A DNA stretch of 64,000 nucleotides, taken from positions 6,851-70,850 of the forward strand of contig JACAFE010000032.1 in NCBI GenBank assembly GCA_013388435.1, given 5' to 3'. Shown here piece after piece: positions 27,358 through 36,299 of this stretch (position 1 is its first letter; each line of letters begins with the position of its first letter). The notes below the pieces were generated by a model that did not search any database, was not told the DNA's origin, and worked only from the letters and a program-made list of their open reading frames with translations. The position numbers were made by a program, and so were the translations under genes. The DNA comes from Nitrospirota bacterium (GTDB lineage: Bacteria; Nitrospirota; Thermodesulfovibrionia; Thermodesulfovibrionales; SM23-35).

Positions 27358-28071
27358 TTAATATTTAAGTATTTCAAGATAATCTGAAATATCTTTTTCT
27401 TCGAGCCCTTGCGCTCTTATTTTCCTCTCAAGAAGATCATCTGTTGCCTTTTGTTTGTTGCCCTGATATAGAGGGTCAAACTCAATTGCTTTAGTAATTG
27501 CTATTGAGGCTTCACCATACTGAGCTTTTGCATTATAGGCAAGAGCCAGTCCATAATAAGGCAAGTGAAAGGTAGAAAACCTTTTTATTGATTCCTTGAA
27601 AGAATCAAGGGCATCATCATATCTTCCAAGTCTATAATATACCATACCGAGATTATTTAATGCCATAGCAGCATTTTTATATTGAGGATTTAATATTGCT
27701 TTTTTATACGCATCTATTGCTTCGCTGTATTTACCGAGTTTTGCATATGCATTGCCGAGATTATTTGAAGCTTCAGAGAAGCTTTTATCTATATCAAGAG
27801 CTTCTTGAAAGTGTTCAATTGCCTTTGGATAATTTTCAAGTTTTACAAGATAAATTACGCCTAATGCATTGTGAATATCCTTATTGTATTTATTGAATTG
27901 TAGCGCTTTCTGAAATTCAACAAAAGCAGGTTGTATATTATTGTCATTCAGATACGAAACTCCTATCTGGTAATGGTAATTTGCTTTTTGCGCTGCTTCC
28001 TCAGATACAGTGCCTGCACATGAAGAAAGAAGAAATATAACCAATATTAAAAATAAATTGTTTTTTCTCAT
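27358..28071 (-). CDS. TPR-repeat lipoprotein (PilW/PilF-like)
   Basis: 237 aa, lipobox LLSSC, and at least five TPR units (e.g. ASNNLGNAYAKLGKYSEAIDAYKKAI). It ends 8 nt from tRNA-Pro. Confidence 0.65.
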   Translation of the reverse strand: MRKNNLFLILVIFLLSSCAGTVSEEAAQKANYHYQIGVSYLNDNNIQPAFVEFQKALQFNKYNKDIHNALGVIYLVKLENYPKAIEHFQEALDIDKSFSEASNNLGNAYAKLGKYSEAIDAYKKAILNPQYKNAAMALNNLGMVYYRLGRYDDALDSFKESIKRFSTFHLPYYGLALAYNAKAQYGEASIAITKAIEFDPLYQGNKQKATDDLLERKIRAQGLEEKDISDYLEILKY

Positions 28072-28152
28072 ATTTTTTGCCCTTTCTTTTAGACCTTATT
28101 TTAACAGAAAAACAATAATACAAAAATATACATTAATTAATTTTAAATTGTT

Positions 28153-28182
28153 TTGACAAAAAATAAAAATAAATTTTATAAT
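28153..28182 (+). promoter_or_regulatory. Near-consensus sigma70 promoter upstream of the HTH-methyltransferase
   Basis: TTGACA (28153-28158), an 18-nt spacer, then TATAAT (28177-28182). Confidence 0.55.
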
Positions 28183-28200
28183 TGTTTCAAATTGTTTCAA
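28181..28200 (+). repeat. Tandem direct repeat ATTGTTTCAA x2 (candidate operator)
   Basis: Two exact 10-bp copies at 28181-28190 and 28191-28200. They overlap the -10 element and end 10 nt before the ATG at 28211. Confidence 0.85.
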
Positions 28201-28210
28201 AAGGTTTAGA

Positions 28211-28297
28211 ATGCTTACAGAAAAAGAAATTTTAAGTGAATTAAAAATTTCAAGAACAACTTTGTGGCGTTTGAAAAAAAAGGGTTGCCATGTATAA
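28211..28297 (+). other. Short ORF encoding the first half of an excisionase/MerR-type HTH, detached from the methyltransferase frame
   Basis: My translation is MLTEKEILSELKISRTTLWRLKKKGCHV*. The second half of the same HTH (GLPCIKVGSSYRYNKSDVLEWV) is in the frame of ORF 28264..29691. The two frames meet in the A8 tract at 28274-28281. Confidence 0.7.
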
Positions 28298-29691
28298 AAG
28301 TAGGCTCTTCTTATCGTTATAATAAGTCTGATGTATTAGAGTGGGTATCAAATAATCAAGCTGATGAGTATTTACTTGATTATTTTGAAACACAACAAAT
28401 ATCAGAGAACCTTGAAATACAATTTTCATATCCAATAAATAATCAAGTAAAAAATACTTCTCCTTCCCAAAAAATAAAAAACAATTATCAAATAACAATT
28501 CCATATCTTTTAAGACATAATAAAGAGTATTTAGATAAATTACTTACCCAACACGAACTTCATGAATTACAAACACTACTTTCTAAATATAGTAAAGATA
28601 TTCAGAATGAAGAAGCAGTAAGAATATTTTCTGACTCTTATTGTGCCATTCTTAAAAAAAGATACCAATCTGAATATGAATATGATATTAAATTTGATAA
28701 ATTTTTAAACAATAGTAACAACTTGAAAATAATATGGGGAGATTGCTATAAAGCTCTTAAAAAGATGAAATCAGAATCAATACACCTTATGGTCACTTCA
28801 CCGCCTTATTATAATGCGAGGGAATATTCGAAATGGGAAAATCTAAATAATTATCTCGAAGATATGAGATTGATTATTAGGGAATCATATCGTGTTTTGG
28901 ACAACCATAGAGTTTGGGTATTTAATGTTGGAGATGTATTCGATAATGACAATCTTAAGACAAAGTCAGTTTGGGGTAAAAGAAGACTACCATTAGGTTC
29001 TTATTTCATAAAAATATTTGAAGAAGAAGGTTTTGAATTTGTAGATGACATTATATGGGATAAAGGCGAAGTTGAAAGCCAAAGACATAAAAACGGAGGG
29101 GTAAATTATCCATTTTATCAATATCCTATAAACTGTTATGAACATATCTTAATTTTTCATAAACATAGATTAGACATAAATAAGATACCCTGTCCTATTT
29201 GTGGTTCTCTAAATGTTAATGGTAATACTCAATCAGAAATCGGGGTGCAAAGCTGGGAATGTAAAAACGATAAATGCTTAGAAAGAAGTCCTCATAATAG
29301 AGGTAAAAGATTTTCTTTAAGATCAAATATGATGCAGGATATTTTTAAAAGAAAAACAGAAAATATTATTGATGAATTTACATTATTTAAATGGAGAAGG
29401 GATATTGTAAAATTTCCACCTGTAATTAAAATTGATCAAAATGGTAATAACAGACTTGGAAATTCTGCACCATTTCCTAAAGATATACCTGAAATGGCAA
29501 TAAAGTTTTTTTCTTACGATGGGGAAAAGGTTCTTGATCCATTTGCTGGAAGTTTTACAACAGCAATTGTTGCTAAAAAACTAGGGCGTATTGGTATCGG
29601 TATAGAAATAAATAAAAATTTTGAGTCTGTTATTAAAAACCATATCATTACGGAATTAAACGGGATAATATTAGAAGAATATTTTGTTTAG
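28264..29691 (+). CDS. Beta-class N4/N6 DNA methyltransferase with Zn-ribbon insertion (N-terminal HTH disrupted)
   Basis: Motif IV is MVTSPPYYNAREY. The motif I region is VLDPFAGSFTTAIVAKKLGRIGIGIEIN. The insert is CPICGS..WECKNDKC. The start in the ORF track is the GTG at 28264. Confidence 0.8.
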   Translation: MAFEKKGLPCIKVGSSYRYNKSDVLEWVSNNQADEYLLDYFETQQISENLEIQFSYPINNQVKNTSPSQKIKNNYQITIPYLLRHNKEYLDKLLTQHELHELQTLLSKYSKDIQNEEAVRIFSDSYCAILKKRYQSEYEYDIKFDKFLNNSNNLKIIWGDCYKALKKMKSESIHLMVTSPPYYNAREYSKWENLNNYLEDMRLIIRESYRVLDNHRVWVFNVGDVFDNDNLKTKSVWGKRRLPLGSYFIKIFEEEGFEFVDDIIWDKGEVESQRHKNGGVNYPFYQYPINCYEHILIFHKHRLDINKIPCPICGSLNVNGNTQSEIGVQSWECKNDKCLERSPHNRGKRFSLRSNMMQDIFKRKTENIIDEFTLFKWRRDIVKFPPVIKIDQNGNNRLGNSAPFPKDIPEMAIKFFSYDGEKVLDPFAGSFTTAIVAKKLGRIGIGIEINKNFESVIKNHIITELNGIILEEYFV

Positions 29692-30161
29692 TCCTTAGAT
29701 AATTTCTTATCTAATATTCTGAAACGATCAATGACTTGCAATTTATCATATAATTCTTTTAATGTCTTAATATTTCCAGATTGTTTTACTCTCTCTATTT
29801 CATCCCAAAGTTTGTTAGAAGCAACTTCCTCAATTTCACCATTTTTGCATGATGGACATTTTGATATTTGGGAAGATACCTCTTTTCTTAAAAATAATTT
29901 TCCACAGTTTAAACATCTTTTACTTTTTAAAAATTTGCTCTTAATAATAACTTTATTGTAAAGATCACATTTTATGTTTGTGCAAGTAACCATATGTGTT
30001 GTATCCCAAAAAGCATTACATTTTTCGCAAATAAATTATAATGCCACAATATCTATTCTTTCATAATATGGAGGGAAAAAGACAATCTACCCTCTTTTAG
30101 AAAGTTCAAAGCCAACCATATGTTCTCCAATTTTCCCAAATTGCCCTTCTTTCATTTCCAT
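29688..30161 (-). pseudogene. Zn-ribbon / nuclease-like gene with two in-frame nonsense codons (possible partner endonuclease remnant)
   Basis: A single frame runs from ATG 30159-30161 to the stop at 29688: MEMKEGQFGKIGEHMVGFELSKRG*IVFFPPYYERIDIVAL*FICEKCNAFWDTTHMVTCTNIKC... The stops are TAG at 30087-30089 and TAA at 30036-30038. The 101-aa ORF 29688..29993 is the intact 3' part and carries four CxxC-type pairs. Confidence 0.55.
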
Positions 30162-30457
30162 AATTATTAATTAAAAAATAAAACGAGTCAAAATATTTTA
30201 TTTATAAGTTATACAGAAAATAAAAATATTCACAAGCAATCAAGCTTACAAACTATAAGCAAAGAGCAAGAGCATACAAATTTATAACTCTTTATAGATT
30301 GAAAAGCTAACAAGTTATTTAGGACAAAAAATCTTAGATGTCGCTATAAAATTATTACTCGCTCTTTAGACTTGTTTAAGCTGTTCGAACGGATTAAATA
30401 ATCTGACAGTTTACAGTTTCACTTTTTATTTTTAATAATGAGAGAGTGACATCTGCA

Positions 30458-33400
30458 CTATTCGGGGCAACTTTCAACATTAACAGAATCTGATAAACAT
30501 CTAAAAAGTTCAGAGATAATATTATACTTTTCTTCCCAGGAGCTTCCGTCTGTAGCAATTTCAAAACCATCAGGTAAAAATTTCAGTCTTTTATCAACTT
30601 TTTCCTTAAGCATAAATATATCTTCAGGTTGAACTTTTGTATTGTTTGAAAAGTGTATGCTTATTATACCCTTTGATTCATTTATTTTCTTTATTAATAA
30701 TTCTCTCGATAATATTTTAAGTTTCATTATATCAAGCAAACATCTGACCTCAAAAGGTATTTTTCCAAAACGATCCTCTATTTCTGAAGCTATAGAATAT
30801 AATGCATCAGGAGATTTTGAAGCTGCTATTTTCCTGTATAAACTCAATCTTATAGTTATATCTTCAACATAATTTTCAGGGATAAATGCATTGACTTTCA
30901 TGTTAATGGAAGGCTCAAATTCTTCTTCAATTTTTACTCCCTTTAATTCAGCAACTGCTTTCTCAAGCATTTCCATATAAAGATCAAGTCCTACGGCATG
31001 AATATGCCCTGACTGTTCTGCTCCGAGAAGATTGCCAGAACCTCTGATCTCAAGATCTTTTAATGCAAGTCTGAATCCTGCTCCAAGATAACTCATTTCC
31101 TGTATTGCCTGAAGTCTTTTTTTTGCTTCAATTGTGATAATATCTTCACCTGGAATCAGAAAATAGGCATACGCGCGCAAATTGCCTCTTCCTACGCGTC
31201 CTCTCAATTGATACAAATCCGCCAGTCCCATTGTATCCGCTCTGTTTATTATTATAGTATTGGCTGATGGTATATCAAGCCCCGAACCTATTATTGCTGT
31301 TGAAACAAGAACATCAACTTTTTTCTCATAGAAGTTAAACATAACTTTTTCGAGATCTTTTTCATTCATCTGACCGTGAGCTACCGCTATTTTGATTTCC
31401 GGTATCAAATTCACAAGATAATCTGCAATTCTATATATATCCTTGATCCTGTTATGTACAAAAAAGACCTGACCTTTTCTATCCAATTCATGCGTGATTG
31501 CGTTCTTTATGATATTTTCATTAAAAACCGATACAATGCTTTTTACTGCAAGTCTTTCCTCCGGCGGAGTTTCGATTATACTCATGTCCCTGATATCCGA
31601 GAGAGCCATGGATAAGGTTCTTGGAATCGGAGTTGCTGTCAGTGTCAATACATCAATACCTTTCTTTAATTCTTTTATCTTTTCCTTCTGGCTAACTCCA
31701 AATCTGTGCTCTTCATCTATTATTAGAAGTCCGAGATTATAAAATTTTATATTCTTACCGAGTAATGCATGGGTTCCTATAACAATATCAATATCTCCAT
31801 TGTTAATGGCTTTTATAGTTTTTTTCTTATCCGATGTTGATTTAAATCTGCTTAGAAAATCAATATTAACAGGGAATCCTGAAAATCTTGTCTTAAATGT
31901 TCTGTAATGCTGTTCGCAGAGTATAGTTGTCGGAACGAGCACAGCTACCTGCATCCCGTCATATACAGCTTTGAAAGCAGCCCTAACCGCAACTTCTGTC
32001 TTGCCATATCCAACATCCCCACAGATAAGTCTATCCATTGGTTTGTCAGACTCCATATCCTTTTTTATGTCTTCAACAGCATTTAATTGGTCTGGTGTCT
32101 CTTCATATGGGAAAAAACTATCGAACTCTCTGTGTAGTTCAGTGTTTGCACTAAATGAATGACCTTTTTGAATTTTTCTTTGTGCGTAAAGAGCAAGAAG
32201 TTTCTCAGCCATTTCATGAATTTTTCTCTTCACCCTTTCTCTGGTTTTAATCCATGATTTTCCGCCGAGTTTATCGATTCTTGGAATCACACCTTCTTCC
32301 GCATGGTATTTTCTGATTTTATTTATTGCATGTAGAGGAACATATAATCTTCCTCCATCATATTCAATGAGTATTAAATCTTCCTTGATACCTTCAGTAA
32401 TTTGCTGGATTAGTCCAATAAATTTTCCGATTCCGTGTTCTGTATGTACAATAAAGTCTCCCGGACGCAAATCATCAAGGGAAGTCAGAAGTCCCGAGAC
32501 TTTTGACTTGCGCAAAGGTCTGTAAGCCGGCCTTTCCCCAAAAAGTTCTTTTTCGGTAAGAATAAGGAGCCCGGGAAGATATAATCCTGAAGAGAGACCG
32601 CCAATTACCGCTATTATATTTCCCTTATAGCTGAAAATCTCTTCCTTATTAATTAAAGGCGCAATTATATCACCTGCTCTGAGAATATCTCTTAGCCTTT
32701 CAGCCTGACCACTGGAAGATGAGACAAGAATTATACGATTGTCATCCATTAAGTTTTTTAATTTACACGGGAGTTCATCTATACTCTTTCGCTCCTGATA
32801 GGTTATCCCTAACCCTTTTATATTTAAGACACCCGAATCGATACCATCTCCTGCGATGGAAAATCTTGAAAGGATTATCGAACCTTCAGGCATATTTTCT
32901 TTTTCTTTAATTGAATCAAAAACAAACCAGATTTTATCGGAGAAAGTCTCCAAAAGACTTTTCCCATTTGAAGACTCAATCGCAGGGTAAAAGTATAATT
33001 CGCTGATACTATCTTTTGAACGCTGGGTATTTACATCAAAATATTTTATATTCTCAATTTCATCACCAAAAAACTCTATTCTTATCGGATCTTCAAAAGT
33101 TGTAGGAAATATATCCATAATCCAGCCTCGCCTGCTGAATTCGCCTTTTTCAGAAACAAGCGGCACAGAAGTATAGCCAAGCTTTTGAAGTATATTTTCA
33201 ATTTCCTCTCTTCTTATTTCGAGCCCTTTTTTAATAAATAATATCCTTTCTTCTAATTCTTTTTTTGACCAAATGGATGAATTAAAATTGATGCTCGAAG
33301 AAGTCAGGGAGTCGTTATCATTGATTGTTAAGATTATTTCTGCTCTTTTACCAGAAATTTCCGGGCCATCAGGTTCAGGCAGGTAAAATACTTTATTTTT

Positions 33401-33595
33401 CTTTAATGCGCTACGATAGAAATTTATATCCTCGCATAATTCTGCTGCAAGAGACTCGTCACCATCAACAGCAAAAAATGGTTCATCGCACATAGCAAGC
33501 AGGAGGGCAGAAGACGAGCCTGTCAGATTGTATATCCTCGAAATTTCTGATTTTCTTCTTAGAATATCCTGGAAATATGAAAGACTTATTTGCAT
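30458..33595 (-). CDS. mfd: Transcription-repair coupling factor Mfd
   Basis: 1045 aa. CarD-like region (GDFIVHTEHGIGKF), helicase motifs GDVGYGKTEVA and DEEHRFG, and a TRG-type C-terminus. Confidence 0.95.
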   Translation of the reverse strand: MQISLSYFQDILRRKSEISRIYNLTGSSSALLLAMCDEPFFAVDGDESLAAELCEDINFYRSALKKNKVFYLPEPDGPEISGKRAEIILTINDNDSLTSSSINFNSSIWSKKELEERILFIKKGLEIRREEIENILQKLGYTSVPLVSEKGEFSRRGWIMDIFPTTFEDPIRIEFFGDEIENIKYFDVNTQRSKDSISELYFYPAIESSNGKSLLETFSDKIWFVFDSIKEKENMPEGSIILSRFSIAGDGIDSGVLNIKGLGITYQERKSIDELPCKLKNLMDDNRIILVSSSSGQAERLRDILRAGDIIAPLINKEEIFSYKGNIIAVIGGLSSGLYLPGLLILTEKELFGERPAYRPLRKSKVSGLLTSLDDLRPGDFIVHTEHGIGKFIGLIQQITEGIKEDLILIEYDGGRLYVPLHAINKIRKYHAEEGVIPRIDKLGGKSWIKTRERVKRKIHEMAEKLLALYAQRKIQKGHSFSANTELHREFDSFFPYEETPDQLNAVEDIKKDMESDKPMDRLICGDVGYGKTEVAVRAAFKAVYDGMQVAVLVPTTILCEQHYRTFKTRFSGFPVNIDFLSRFKSTSDKKKTIKAINNGDIDIVIGTHALLGKNIKFYNLGLLIIDEEHRFGVSQKEKIKELKKGIDVLTLTATPIPRTLSMALSDIRDMSIIETPPEERLAVKSIVSVFNENIIKNAITHELDRKGQVFFVHNRIKDIYRIADYLVNLIPEIKIAVAHGQMNEKDLEKVMFNFYEKKVDVLVSTAIIGSGLDIPSANTIIINRADTMGLADLYQLRGRVGRGNLRAYAYFLIPGEDIITIEAKKRLQAIQEMSYLGAGFRLALKDLEIRGSGNLLGAEQSGHIHAVGLDLYMEMLEKAVAELKGVKIEEEFEPSINMKVNAFIPENYVEDITIRLSLYRKIAASKSPDALYSIASEIEDRFGKIPFEVRCLLDIMKLKILSRELLIKKINESKGIISIHFSNNTKVQPEDIFMLKEKVDKRLKFLPDGFEIATDGSSWEEKYNIISELFRCLSDSVNVESCPE

Positions 33596-33681
33596 AAGAG
33601 AATAATTTATGTGTTAAAATAAAAATTCATTATTAAATTATATCATTTTACCTATAGACAGAAGAAAGAAAGGAAATTATT

Positions 33682-34557
33682 ATGAGCAAAATTCTTCGTA
33701 TCGGATTGCCGAAAGGCAGTCTTCAGGAATCTACATTAAAACTTTTCAGAAAAGCTGGCTATCATATTTCTGTATCGAGCCGTTCTTATTATCCGTCTTT
33801 TGATGATCCTGAAATCGAGGCAATGCTTATCAGAGCACAGGAAATGGCTGGTTATGTCGAAAATGGTATTATAGACTGTGGGCTTACAGGTAAAGACTGG
33901 ATAATGGAACAGAACGCCGATGTTCATGAAGTTGCTGAACTTATTTATGCTAAAGAAGGACTCAGACCTGTAAGATGGGTTATAGCTGTTCCAAATGATT
34001 CAAAAATTAAAACAGTAAAAGACCTCAATGGAAAAAGGATAGCAACAGAACTTGTTGGGTTCACAAAAAGGTACTTAAAAAAGAATGGAGTAACCGCTGA
34101 AGTAGATTTTTCATGGGGTGCTACAGAAGTAAAACCACCTCATCTTGCTGACGCCATCGTTGAACTTACCGAAACCGGCACTTCCTTGCGGGCAAATAAT
34201 CTCAGAATAGTTGAGACAATACTCGAATCGAGCACACGTTTTATATCAAACAAGAAAGCGTGGCAGGATAAATGGAAAAGACAGAAAATGGAAAATATAG
34301 TGATGTTATTAAAAGGAGCTCTCGCTGCCGAAGAAAAAGTCGGGCTTAAGATGAATGTGGAATCAAAATCACTTAAACGTGTAATGAGTCTCCTTTCAGC
34401 AATGCACTCACCAACAATTTCTTCATTATCAGAAGAAGGCTGGTTTGCACTTGAAGTTATAATTAATGAAAAGAGCGTAAGGGATATTATTCCTAAATTA
34501 AAAATGGCAGGCGCAACTGGAATAGTTGAGTATCCCTTAAACAAAGTAATACCTTAA
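33682..34557 (+). CDS. hisG: ATP phosphoribosyltransferase, long form
   Basis: 291 aa. [21 protein letters not shown], and [14 protein letters not shown]. Confidence 0.9.
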   Translation: MSKILRIGLPKGSLQESTLKLFRKAGYHISVSSRSYYPSFDDPEIEAMLIRAQEMAGYVENGIIDCGLTGKDWIMEQNADVHEVAELIYAKEGLRPVRWVIAVPNDSKIKTVKDLNGKRIATELVGFTKRYLKKNGVTAEVDFSWGATEVKPPHLADAIVELTETGTSLRANNLRIVETILESSTRFISNKKAWQDKWKRQKMENIVMLLKGALAAEEKVGLKMNVESKSLKRVMSLLSAMHSPTISSLSEEGWFALEVIINEKSVRDIIPKLKMAGATGIVEYPLNKVIP

Positions 34558-34582
34558 AATTACCTGATAGGAGAAGATAAAA

Positions 34583-35254
34583 ATGTTTAAGGAGCGCAGG
34601 AAATTAAATTATAGTTTTGGCAGCCTTTTAATTCTTGGCATATTTTTGATGTACTTTACTTTATATCTTAACAGCACATCACATGCTTTATCTTTGAACG
34701 ATGAAATTGCGAGAATTCAAAAGACTTATGAAGATATTACTGACATGAGCGGCAATTTTGTTCAGAAAAGCCATTTAAAGGATCTTAAACGTACCGATAC
34801 TTACAAGGGTCAATTTTTCATAAAAAAACCACAGAAAGTAAAAGTTATTTATAAAGGAGAACATCCAGCCGAAATTACAGTTAATAAAGACATTGTCTTA
34901 ATCTATCAAAAAAACGAAAATCAGGTTATAAAAGGAAAATTTGATACCAGCACATATGGTCAAACACCTGTTATATTATTGAGTGGTCTGGGAAAAATGG
35001 AAGAAGAATTTAACATATCTGAAAAGAATGGTCTGTTGCTTTTAAAACCAAAAAAAAGTATGGGAGCGATTGTCTCAATTGAACTTAAATTATCAGAAAA
35101 TGACTTTCCAATACAGTCTTTTACAATTTATGATACATATTCAAACAGAACAGAAATTACACTCAGCAATATGAAAATAAATAAAAATATTGATGATAAA
35201 ATTTTCAATTTTACACCTCCAAAGAATGCAACAGTTTTAGAACATAACCCTTGA
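34583..35254 (+). CDS. lolA: LolA-like outer-membrane lipoprotein carrier protein
   Basis: 223 aa with a signal/TM N-terminus. The F.Q......R...Y.G.F.IKKP.K pattern (GNFVQKSHLKDLKRTDTYKGQFFIKKPQKV) is present. Confidence 0.65.
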   Translation: MFKERRKLNYSFGSLLILGIFLMYFTLYLNSTSHALSLNDEIARIQKTYEDITDMSGNFVQKSHLKDLKRTDTYKGQFFIKKPQKVKVIYKGEHPAEITVNKDIVLIYQKNENQVIKGKFDTSTYGQTPVILLSGLGKMEEEFNISEKNGLLLLKPKKSMGAIVSIELKLSENDFPIQSFTIYDTYSNRTEITLSNMKINKNIDDKIFNFTPPKNATVLEHNP

Positions 35255-35264
35255 GATTTTTTTC

Positions 35265-36281
35265 ATGCTTATACTTGGAATTGATACTTCATGTGATGAT
35301 ACCTCTGCTTCGGTAGTTGAAAACGGCACAAAGATAATATCTAATATTGTTTCAAGTCAGTCTGAGATACATAAAAAATATGGCGGAATTGTCCCTGAAC
35401 TCGCATCACGCAAGCATGTTGAAATGATAATACCTGTTGTTGAAGAGGCTCTTAAGACCGCTGGAATTGAACTTAAGGATATAAATGGTATCGCAGTATG
35501 TCATGGTCCGGGACTTATAGGTTCGCTTCTTGTCGGTTGTTCTTTCGCAAAAGCAATATGCTATACAACAAAAATCCCTTTGCTTTCAGTAAATCATCTC
35601 GAAGGACATATTTTTGCCTCATTCCTTGAAGAGCCGGTGCCAGAATTTCCATTTATCGCACTCATAGTTTCAGGCGGTCATACATCTCTTTACAGAGTCG
35701 AGGGATTTAGCCAGTATAAAGAACTCGGCAGGACAAGAGATGATGCTGCAGGAGAAGCTTATGACAAGGTTTCTAAACTTCTCGGGCTTGGGTATCCCGG
35801 AGGTCCAGTTATTGACAGACTTTCAAAAAAAGGCAACCCAAAAGCAATAGATTTTCCGAGAGCATATTTGCCTGAATCCTTTGATTTCAGTTTTAGCGGA
35901 ATTAAAACCGCTGTTCTGAATTTCGTCAAAGCGACTAAATCTGAAAATTCTGAAATCAAAACTCAAAAACCTGAATTATTATCTGATATAGCCGCGTCCT
36001 TTCAGGCAGCTGTTTTAGATGTGCTTATTAGAAAAATAGAATGGGCAATTAAAAGAACATGGATAAAAAGAGTTGTGCTATCTGGTGGTGTTGCGGCAAA
36101 CAGCGAGTTAAGAAGTAGAATGAAAGAAATGGGTGAGGAAAGAAACGCAGAAATATTTATTCCTTCTGTTTCATTATGTACTGACAATGCTGCTATGATA
36201 GCTGCTGCAGGTTACCACCATTTAAAATCTGGCAGATTAGCTGACCTTACTTTAAACCCGAAAGCTTATCTCCCTTTATAA
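35265..36281 (+). CDS. tsaD: tRNA N6-adenosine threonylcarbamoyltransferase TsaD
   Basis: 338 aa. LGIDTSCDDTSA, VNHLEGHI, and LIVSGGHT. Confidence 0.95.
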   Translation: MLILGIDTSCDDTSASVVENGTKIISNIVSSQSEIHKKYGGIVPELASRKHVEMIIPVVEEALKTAGIELKDINGIAVCHGPGLIGSLLVGCSFAKAICYTTKIPLLSVNHLEGHIFASFLEEPVPEFPFIALIVSGGHTSLYRVEGFSQYKELGRTRDDAAGEAYDKVSKLLGLGYPGGPVIDRLSKKGNPKAIDFPRAYLPESFDFSFSGIKTAVLNFVKATKSENSEIKTQKPELLSDIAASFQAAVLDVLIRKIEWAIKRTWIKRVVLSGGVAANSELRSRMKEMGEERNAEIFIPSVSLCTDNAAMIAAAGYHHLKSGRLADLTLNPKAYLPL

Positions 36282-36299
36282 TTTATTTACATTATTGAG

